The position numbers and the translations under genes were made by a program. A stretch of 24,000 nucleotides of DNA from Actinomycetes bacterium (GTDB taxonomy: Bacteria > Actinomycetota > Actinomycetes > JAHEKZ01), in contig JBDTTS010000002.1 in NCBI GenBank assembly GCA_039930525.1, forward strand, positions 9,197 through 33,196, given 5' to 3'. Under the pieces are notes generated by a model, which was not told the DNA's origin, did not search any database, and saw only the letters and a program-made list of their open reading frames with translations. Position 1 is the first letter of the stretch, and each line of letters starts with the position of its first letter. This document shows positions 9,665 to 16,151 of this stretch, one piece after another.

Positions 9665-9876
9665 GGTTAGTGCCGACCAGCAGCGGATAGGCGACACCGA
9701 GTGAGCATCGGGCTACCAGTAGTTATAGGCCATTTCGTGCTATTCAAGAAGCGTCAATCGACTGCTATCTCTGTTTGTCAGAGGAGTCGATATCGGCTGT
9801 TCCGCGGAGAGATCGGGTCCCCTCCATACGCCGCAGATGGCGACGACGTGGTTCACGTTCGAGGAGGCTGCTGCAC

Positions 9877-10698
9877 ATGAAATTCCCTAGAGTCGTGATG
9901 CGCTCGATCATCATTGGTGCCCTGCTTCTCGTGGGCTTGGTCGTACCAGGGAAAGCGCAGGGAATTAGCTACGGCAGGCCCGATATGGGTGGTCATCCGA
10001 ATGTCGGCGCGCTGATCGGGCTCTTCCCCAGTCTCACCGGTGGTGATGACGAACTCTTCCAGGTGTGCACCGGCACCCTGATTGCTCCGAAAGTCGTCCT
10101 TACAGCTGCCCACTGCTTTCCTCCGAACTCCGACGCCAAGGATCGCTTCTTCACGTTCGACCAGTCCTATGAAGCGAACGAAGACGGCGTCGTTGTCGAT
10201 CCAGACATCTCCCTCTACAGCGGACACCAGGTGGTGCACCCTTCATTCGGAGCGAGTCCGAGAAGAGACAATCAGTACGACATGGCCGTGTTCCTTCTGG
10301 ATGAGGTGCCAGGCATCTCGCCAGCAGAACTCCCCGCAGCGGGTTTCCTGAACGACAAGGCGTTGACGGGGCAGTCGTTTACGACGGTGGGGTACGGCAT
10401 CACGAGGGACACCAATCACAAGGCTTGGCAGTCTTTCATGCTCGAGAACTCCATGCGCATGGTTGCCGAGCAGACGCTGACGGAGCGCACCGCTGCATGG
10501 GTCACGTTCTCGATGAACTTGGCTGCTGGCAATGGCGGGTCCTGCTATGGAGACTCTGGGGGGCCGCACCTGTTTGGAGATGTTGTCGTCTCCATCACGG
10601 TGGGCGGTGACCAGCCTTGCAAGGCCGTAGACAAGACGGTCCGTATTGACACTCCTGTCGCCCTTGAGTTCTTGGGTCAGTACGTCGCCGTCCCGTAG
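9877..10698 (+). CDS. Secreted trypsin-like (S1 family) serine protease
   Basis: Start at ATG 9877, preceded by gaggagg, giving the signal peptide 'MKFPRVVMRSIIIGALLLVGLVVPGKAQG'. Catalytic His in 'LTAAHC', Asp in 'YDMAVFLL', Ser in 'GDSGGP'. Confidence 0.85.
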   Translation: MKFPRVVMRSIIIGALLLVGLVVPGKAQGISYGRPDMGGHPNVGALIGLFPSLTGGDDELFQVCTGTLIAPKVVLTAAHCFPPNSDAKDRFFTFDQSYEANEDGVVVDPDISLYSGHQVVHPSFGASPRRDNQYDMAVFLLDEVPGISPAELPAAGFLNDKALTGQSFTTVGYGITRDTNHKAWQSFMLENSMRMVAEQTLTERTAAWVTFSMNLAAGNGGSCYGDSGGPHLFGDVVVSITVGGDQPCKAVDKTVRIDTPVALEFLGQYVAVP

Positions 10699-10741
10699 GT
10701 GCTTTGTGAGGAATTGACTCTGCTATGCGCAGGGTTCTCTG

Positions 10742-10933
10742 GTGTTGGTTGCATCATCCCTCTTGGTCGCAGCGTTTCCCGTCCTGGCGGTCGCCGGTCA
10801 TGATCTGCCTGCCCGCTCGTCGGCTTTGGGGCATAGCCGCGCCGACTGGGCGAGGAACTACACGCAAAGGTTCTACAGCGACGGTGACAACCACAGGCGA
10901 GGCATGTGGCTTCCCTTCACTGGGATAGGGTGA
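10742..10933 (+). CDS. Possible small secreted protein (63 aa), speculative
   Basis: GTG-initiated ORF with a signal-like N-terminus 'LVASSLLVAAFPVLAVAGH' and fairly high third-position GC. It ends 24 nt before the next gene. There is no recognisable family and no clear RBS. Confidence 0.25.
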   Translation: MLVASSLLVAAFPVLAVAGHDLPARSSALGHSRADWARNYTQRFYSDGDNHRRGMWLPFTGIG

Positions 10934-10956
10934 TCACAGCCCGCGAGGAGGCGTTG

Positions 10957-11685
10957 ATGTTCTTCGACCAGTATCCGCGTTTCGTCGAAACCAGTTCGAC
11001 TTCCAGCAGGCCTGCGCGACTCAACATGCGTCACCACGCAATGATCGAGTCCAATCGGTCCATCTTTGCGGGTGCGAGGGTCTTGGATCTTGCTAGCCAC
11101 GACGGTCGTTGGACCTTGGCGGCATTGGACGCTGGAGCATCCCACGCGATCGGCGTTGAGGGACGATCTGAGCTCGTGAAGAATGCCGAAGAGACTTTTG
11201 CTCTGTATGGAGTGGACGCAGCGACGTTCCGTTTCATCAACGATGACATCTTTGATGTTCTGCGCGCTCCGGATGAGAACGGGCTGGAGATCGACGTGGT
11301 CATGTGTCTGGGGTTTATCTACCACACGCTTCGGTACCAAGACCTCTTTGCCGGTGTTCGCTCCCTCAAGCCGAAGCACTTCCTCATCGACACAGCTGTC
11401 ATCTCCAGTGAGAGAGCAACGATCCTGGTGCATAGCGAAGATTCTTCGAAGGAATCTGCAGGATTGGATCACACGTTCCAGGTGGACGGGCGCCTGCTTA
11501 CGGGACGACCCTCGGTCAGCGCGCTCGAAATCATGCTTGAAGCACACGGCTTCACGGTGACTGAGCGTTTCGATTGGCCGGCGTATCTTGAGGCGAACTA
11601 CCCGAAGAACAAGACGGTCGGCTCTTACCGCGACGGCAAGCGTGTTACGTGGCTATGTGAGTTGGACGTGGTCGCTGCCGTCTGA
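10957..11685 (+). CDS. Class I SAM-dependent methyltransferase (atypical motif I)
   Basis: ATG 10957 is preceded by gaggag at 6-nt spacing. It has a Rossmann-type 'ARVLDLASHDGRWTLAALDAGASHAIGVEG' and 'DVVMCLGFIYH'. The glycine-rich loop is replaced by ASHDG. Confidence 0.65.
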   Translation: MFFDQYPRFVETSSTSSRPARLNMRHHAMIESNRSIFAGARVLDLASHDGRWTLAALDAGASHAIGVEGRSELVKNAEETFALYGVDAATFRFINDDIFDVLRAPDENGLEIDVVMCLGFIYHTLRYQDLFAGVRSLKPKHFLIDTAVISSERATILVHSEDSSKESAGLDHTFQVDGRLLTGRPSVSALEIMLEAHGFTVTERFDWPAYLEANYPKNKTVGSYRDGKRVTWLCELDVVAAV

Positions 11686-11718
11686 GCCCGCCCGTTGCCG
11701 AGTCGGTGTCCAGACAAG

Positions 11719-11791
11719 TGCCCTCGGCTGGAATCGAACCAGCGACACACGGTTTAGGAAACCGATGCTCTATCCCCTGAGCTACGAGGGC
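11719..11791 (-). tRNA. tRNA-Arg (anticodon CCT)
   Basis: 73-nt cloverleaf read on the minus strand. Acceptor GCCCTCG/CGAGGGC plus discriminator A, D-arm GCTC/GAGC, anticodon loop TTCCTAA (CCT), T-arm GCTGG-TTCGATT-CCAGC. CCA is not encoded. Confidence 0.9.
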
Positions 11792-12630
11792 GGGACGTGC
11801 GGGATTCCTTGTGGGAAACCCGCTGGACCCTGCCGCGACCCTCGCGGGCGTTGGTCGGGCAAGTCTAGGGGGCGTGATCTTCGGTCGATTTGGTGCTCTG
11901 GGGGTGGTTCGCGCGCCAGTTTGTGGTCTTCGGCTGGTTTTCGGTCGTGCGTGGGGCGGGGGGTATCAGGCAGCGGCTTGGGTGGTGACTGTTGTCGGTC
12001 GATTGCCCGTTGCCAGGTGTGGCGGGCCCAAGCGTTCTGGGCGAGTGCGGCCATCAGAACGATGACGGTCTGGTTGTGCAAACCCCACGCGGGGAGCCGC
12101 CGGTTGTAGAAGGCGCGTTCGAACTGTGCGTTGAGAGACTCGGTGTCGGCGCGCATGCCGTATACGCGGGAGTAGTCGGGATCGGTTGGGGGCCGGACGC
12201 GCGGGTAGTCGCTGCGGTTGAACGTGTGTTCCTCCTCCGTTTGGGTCGGGGTGAGCGGTTCCCAACAGACGTGCGCGTTGTCGTTTGATCGACAGGTCAG
12301 GGTGTGGCGGGCGTAGAAGGCCCAGCTGCCGTCCGGTTTGCGATCTCGTTTGGTCTGGTGCCGTGTGACTTCGACGAAGTCGAGGGTTCCGTCGGCGGTG
12401 ACGACCCGCTCGCAAATCGTTCCACCGGCGGCGTAGAGCGAGTGCCTACCACACTGTTCAATCCAAGCGGTTCGCGCGCGGCTCGGGGGTAGTTGGGCGG
12501 TAGCGTGTCCGTGCTTGCCGATCACGATCCCACCGCGCTCTTTGCTCTTGCGACTGTTGACCGTCAGCGACGCCGGACTCGATAAGCGCACCCTGAACAC
12601 CCGACTCGCCCCGTAGTCCACCCACACCAG
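11792..12630 (-). mobile_element. Copy A: 5'-truncated DDE-transposase-like gene plus ~200-bp tail, flush against the tRNA 5' end
   Basis: ORF 11782..12627. 'YGMRADTESLNAQFERAFYNRRLPAWGLHNQTVIVLMAALAQNAW' shows Y-x2-R-x3-E followed by a W-G-x-H...LMAALA stretch. I associate this pattern with the C-terminal catalytic region of IS4/IS701-type DDE transposases; the family assignment is tentative. The N-terminal half is absent, and the frame is closed by a stop at 12631-12633, inside the heliorhodopsin RBS. The last ~70 Pro/Arg-rich codons running into the tRNA look like read-through of non-coding DNA. 12001-12453 recurs at 13566-14016, and 11792-12030 recurs at 17322-17523. Confidence 0.55.
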
Positions 12631-12642
12631 TCAAGGAGCCTC

Positions 12643-13428
12643 ATGTCCCCCGCCACGACCGCACCGACCGCCACCGGGGTCACCAGCCAACGCCTGAGCA
12701 ACCTGCGCCGTTGGAACATCGGTCTCACCGTGCTGCATCTTGGGCAGGCGGCAGCGATGCTCTTGCTCGCCAACGCGTTCGCCATCGGGGTCCTCTCGTC
12801 GTTTCCCGATGGCCCCCCGGGAACGAAGGGTCTGACGACCACGACCATCTTCGATGTGCGGATTGGATGGGCCATCGCGCTCTTCCTGGGCCTCGCGGGC
12901 CTGGATCACCTGCTGACGGCAACCCTCGCGCGCAAGGTGTACGAGCGAGACCTGGGCCGCGGCATCAACCGCTTCCGGTGGGCTGAGTACTCGGTCAGCG
13001 CCACGATCATGGTCATCGTGATCAGCATGTACTGGGGCATCCTCACGATCAACGCGCTGATCCTCGTCGCCGGGGCCAACGTGGCGATGATCTTGTTCGG
13101 CTGGTTGCAGGAGCGGATGAACCCTCCCGGGCGAACCTCGACCACCATGCTGCCGTTCTGGTTCGGGTCGCTCGTGGGGATCACCCCGTGGTTGGCGATG
13201 TCCGCCAACCTCGTCTACGTCAGCGACGACGCCCCTGGCGCGCTCTTCGTCATCCTTATCGTGCAGGGCCTGTTCTTCTTCTGCTTCGGACTCAATCAGT
13301 GGCTCCAGTACCGCGAGGTCGGCCGATGGGCCGACTACGCCTTCGGCGAGAAGACCTATCTGGTGCTCAGCCTCGGGGCGAAGTCCCTGTTGGCCTGGCA
13401 GATCTTCGCGGTGTCGCTCGCCGCCTGA
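12643..13428 (+). CDS. Heliorhodopsin (7-TM retinal photoreceptor family)
   Basis: 261 aa, with AAGGAG RBS at 12633-12638. Family blocks as I recall them from heliorhodopsin 48C12: 'LLLANAFA', 'GPPGT', 'ALFLGLAGL', 'FRWAEYSVSATIMVIVI' (counterion Glu, E115, codon 12985-12987), 'GANVAMILFGWLQER', 'LPFWFGSLVGITPWL', 'YLVLSLGAKSLLAWQIF' (Schiff-base Lys, K247, codon 13381-13383). The two conserved His residues (H32, H89) are present, with seven hydrophobic segments. Confidence 0.9.
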   Translation: MSPATTAPTATGVTSQRLSNLRRWNIGLTVLHLGQAAAMLLLANAFAIGVLSSFPDGPPGTKGLTTTTIFDVRIGWAIALFLGLAGLDHLLTATLARKVYERDLGRGINRFRWAEYSVSATIMVIVISMYWGILTINALILVAGANVAMILFGWLQERMNPPGRTSTTMLPFWFGSLVGITPWLAMSANLVYVSDDAPGALFVILIVQGLFFFCFGLNQWLQYREVGRWADYAFGEKTYLVLSLGAKSLLAWQIFAVSLAA

Positions 13429-13566
13429 GAACATCGAGGTTTGCTCCGGGTCGCACTCAAGCCGGCAAGACGATGCTGCTGCTGAACTGTCTGGCCGCCG
13501 CCGTCCCGCCCGATGAGCGCGTCGTCATGGTGGAGGAGGTCTTCGAGCTGCGAGTGCCACTGCCCG
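13427..13566 (+). pseudogene. Fragment of a CpaF/TadA/VirB11-type secretion ATPase (Walker A region only)
   Basis: Two frames together read 'ENIEVCSGSHSS' / 'AGKTMLLLNCLAAAVPPDERVVMVEEVFELRVPLPD'. Compare the family pattern NILVSGGTGSGKTTLLNAL...IPPDERIVTIEDAAEL. It is about 45 codons with a frameshift, begins at the heliorhodopsin stop codon and ends at transposase copy B. Confidence 0.6.
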
Positions 13567-14016
13567 ACTCGCTCGCTGCCAGGTGTGGCGGGCCCAGGCG
13601 TCCTGGGCGAGGGCGGCCATCAGCACGTTGACGGTCTGGTTGTGCAGCCCCCAGGCCGGGAGCCGCCGGTTGTAGAAGGCGCGTTCGAACTGCGCGTTGA
13701 GAGACTCGGTGTCTGCGCGCATGCCGTAGACGCGGTCGTAGTCGGGATCGGTTGGGGGCAGGACGCGCAGGTAGTCGCTGCGGTTGAACGTGTGCTCCTC
13801 GTCCGCTTGGGTCGGGGTGAGCGACTCCCACCAGTCATGCACGCTGTCGCTTGATCGACAGGTCAGGGTGTGGCGGGCGTAGAGGCACAACTGCCGTCGG
13901 GTTCGCGATCTCGCTTCGTCTGGTGGCGAGCGACTCAGCGAAGTCGAGGCTTCCGTTTGCGGTGACGACCCGCTCGTAGATCCTCCCCCCGGCGGCGTAT
14001 AGCGAGTGCCCACCAC
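13566..14016 (-). mobile_element. Copy B: internal fragment of the same transposase-like gene (frameshifted, lacks tail and 5' half)
   Basis: It aligns base-for-base by eye with 12001-12453; most positions are identical, with small indels. The translation is split over ORFs 13525..14022 ('...YGMRADTESLNAQFERAFYNRRLPAWGLHNQTVNVLMAALAQDAWARHTWQRA') and 13835..14239 ('...HSLYAAGGRIYERVVTANGSLDF'), so it has at least one frameshift. Confidence 0.7.
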
Positions 14017-14115
14017 CGTCACCGCCAGGTGTCGAAGAGCAGGGCTGTCTGCATGAGAGCCAAGCTACCGAGGTCGTTATGGAGACGGCACGTGGTGGAT
14101 GCGCGACCTTGGCTA

Positions 14116-14220
14116 CTTGGCGACGGTCACCTCGACGTATCCGGCTGAGTTGTACTGGTCGGCCAGCAGGTAGTGGATGTGGTCCGGTGAGCCATCCCCG
14201 GATCTCGGCTGGGTCTGCGT
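14116..14220 (-). pseudogene. Orphan 3' end of an unidentified gene
   Basis: 35-codon stop-to-stop frame 'TQTQPRSGDGSPDHIHYLLADQYNSAGYVEVTVAK*' with very high third-position GC and no start codon. It lies just beyond the point where copy B homology ends. Confidence 0.3.
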
Positions 14221-14355
14221 CTAGCTGGTGTCCAATCAATTATGATGACTACACGTCAGGCCAACCTGCTCGCTCTGGGCGAACAGCGATGTTTTGGAGG
14301 GCGATCGCACTCCACCAACGAAACTTGGTCATCCTCGACCTGAGTCGTGTCGACA

Positions 14356-15156
14356 TCACGTCGCTACGTAGACCAGAAACTTGTCCTCGGGTGTCGGTGC
14401 GAGGTCGTTGTACTCCCCCCGGACCTCAACCGAGTTGAACCCCGCTTGCTTCAACATCATCACAAGCTCACCGCAGAAGTAGAGGTTGGCGGTGAGCCGG
14501 TGGCTCTCCGCGGCGACGAGTTCCCCGTCGAGCCATTGGGATGCGTGGATCTCCCAGGACTCCTGTTGCCGCAGCGTGTCGAATCCCAACATCCGTGATT
14601 GCAGGGCGTATTCAAAGCCGTCAGGTCCAAGGCGTCGGGCGTGCCCTTGCATCGGTTGCGAAGCCTCTGGCAAATGGTCTTGTCGTGCGGCGAGCCAGTA
14701 CGCCCACCGGTCGGAGTCGGAGTAGGGCACCTCATTGTCCAGCACTAGCCGCCCTCCGGGTTCCAAGTGATCGCGCAGCTGTCGCAGCGCTTCCTGGTCC
14801 TGTTCCCGGGTCGATGCCAGACCCAATCCACCGCAAACGACGATCGTTCGGTACCGACGTGGCAGATCGAGCTCGTGCATCGCCTGGCAGTACAAGTTCG
14901 CTCTGGCGCCCACAGACTCAACTGCGTGATGGCACAAAGCCAACATGTCAGGTGAGATGTCGCACCCATCGACATCAAGCCCAGACTCGACATAGGGGAC
15001 CAGCAGCCGGCCGCTGCCGCACGCAACGTCCAGCGCCGGCTGCCCTGCCTCCACGAACCGACGGAAGTAAGCGATTTCCGGACCAGAGTCGCGAAACAGC
15101 GACCACCATCGAGCGACCAGTCCGTGATGCCAGCTCTGTGGCTCGACGGGGGTCAT
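14356..15156 (-). CDS. Class I SAM-dependent methyltransferase
   Basis: Motif I 'ALDVACGSGRLLVPY', 'GCDISPDML' and 'LEPGGRLVL'. I prefer ATG 15156 ('MTPVEPQSW...') over the track start at 15210, because 15157-15210 appears to belong to the decayed NTF2-like paralogue. Confidence 0.75.
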   Translation of the reverse strand: MTPVEPQSWHHGLVARWWSLFRDSGPEIAYFRRFVEAGQPALDVACGSGRLLVPYVESGLDVDGCDISPDMLALCHHAVESVGARANLYCQAMHELDLPRRYRTIVVCGGLGLASTREQDQEALRQLRDHLEPGGRLVLDNEVPYSDSDRWAYWLAARQDHLPEASQPMQGHARRLGPDGFEYALQSRMLGFDTLRQQESWEIHASQWLDGELVAAESHRLTANLYFCGELVMMLKQAGFNSVEVRGEYNDLAPTPEDKFLVYVAT

Positions 15157-15184
15157 GGGGCTGAACACTAGCCGGTGAGAGGGG

Positions 15185-15478
15185 CTATTCCTCGGCCACC
15201 ATCGGCGCATGAATCGAGCTGATGCGGTCCTGCTGATGGGTAAACTTCACACGGTGCGGAACACCTACTACTCGGGTGGATCGGGCGCGTGTTCTTGCGG
15301 ACCATGGCCTGGTGTCACTTCGTCGCTGCATGATTTGCCGTCCACGCATGAGGCGGGAAGTCATCGATGATCATGGTCAGGTGCGGGGCAGTCCCACGAA
15401 CGTTGACTGGGGCTTGCTCGTCTCGGCGAGCAAACCCGCGCAGGCTGTCGTTGACGCGCAGCCGATCTCCCTGAGGGG
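15185..15478 (-). pseudogene. Decayed tandem paralogue of the adjacent NTF2-like gene
   Basis: It reads 'SLRGFA...TMIIDDFPPHAWTANHAATK*HQAMVR' against the intact neighbour's 'AVRAFV...TLIIDDFPPHAWSGSRAATRWYQDMVR'. A TGA at 15315-15317 replaces the Trp codon. A second frame then gives 'RSTRVVGVPHRVKF', matching 'RSAYVVVPVDVRW', so there is also a frameshift. Confidence 0.6.
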
Positions 15479-15481
15479 CCC

Positions 15482-15883
15482 TCAGTACCAGGTCCACGCG
15501 CAGGCCGTGATGCGCCAGCCTTGGTCGCCCTCCTGGGCTGTCATCGCCATGTAGCCCACTCTTTGCGCTGGTGCGCCGTCTTCTAGCCATCGCACGTCGA
15601 CCGGGACGACGACATACGCGCTTCGGTTGCCACCCATCACTTTGCCCGATCCCTCGAGACGAACTGATGGTTCAGACATGCCGAACTCGCCGGCCATGCG
15701 AACCATGTCTTGGTACCACCTGGTCGCCGCACGGCTTCCGCTCCATGCGTGAGGAGGGAAGTCGTCGATGATCAGTGTCTCGTCCTCACAAGCGGCCTGG
15801 ATGAGATCGACGTCGTCATTGTTGAAGGCCTCGACGAATGCGCGAACCGCAGTCATGGGACCGAGATCGGTCACATCAACCAT
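15482..15883 (-). CDS. NTF2-like / SnoaL-like fold small protein
   Basis: ATG 15883 is preceded by GGGAGG at 6-nt spacing. 133 aa beginning 'MVDVTDLGPMTAVRAFVEAFNNDDVDLI', which resembles the opening of NTF2-like (SnoaL/DUF4440-type) proteins. Confidence 0.6.
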   Translation of the reverse strand: MVDVTDLGPMTAVRAFVEAFNNDDVDLIQAACEDETLIIDDFPPHAWSGSRAATRWYQDMVRMAGEFGMSEPSVRLEGSGKVMGGNRSAYVVVPVDVRWLEDGAPAQRVGYMAMTAQEGDQGWRITACAWTWY

Positions 15884-16151
15884 CTGCGACCTCCCAGAGG
15901 ACAGCACCCTTGTATCTGTGCGCTCACGTAGCACCCTAACGCTGTGGTCGCTATCGAGTCATGACGTGAGACCGACGCCGCTGGACCGGCGGCAGAGTGA
16001 GTTCGGGAGGGTTTAGGTGCGCAGCTGAGGGGCACCGAGAAAGGTTGAGGCACGACCACTCGTCTCCGCGAAGAATCGCGACACCCTCACTACGGGAAAG
16101 CCGGGGAGGTCACCGTGGCGGCCTGAGGGCGGTCGTTGTGGTACAGGACAG

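Noticed and set aside
9600-11718. Direct repeat of the tRNA-Arg 3' end (att-like site) or an integrase that would define a classical tRNA-integrated island.
   Set aside because: I found neither by eye. The island idea is kept only as a low-confidence composition-based observation.
11782-11990. C-terminal ~70 residues of the copy-A transposase-like ORF, which run into and overlap the tRNA-Arg gene.
   Set aside because: This is a low-complexity Pro/Arg/Asp tail absent from copy B. It is most likely open reading through non-coding element-end DNA, so it is not annotated as coding and not read as a protein-tRNA overlap.
12600-12609. The 10-mer 'cccgactcgc' occurs near both heliorhodopsin-unit junctions (12600-12609 and 13563-13572), suggesting a target-site duplication or recombination signal.
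   Set aside because: Many chance 10-mer matches are expected among all position pairs in 24 kb of GC-rich DNA, and the two copies are not positioned symmetrically relative to the junctions.
12631-13434. 267-aa minus-strand ORF covering the whole heliorhodopsin gene, and similar long antisense or overlapping ORFs throughout (e.g. 1080..1604+, 1177..1728-, 2311..3165+, 7022..7630-, 21404..22117+, 23008..23664+).
   Set aside because: These are typical shadow ORFs of high-GC DNA. Their products are Arg/Pro/Gly/His-rich and low in complexity with no motifs, and each lies opposite a gene with clear family signatures.
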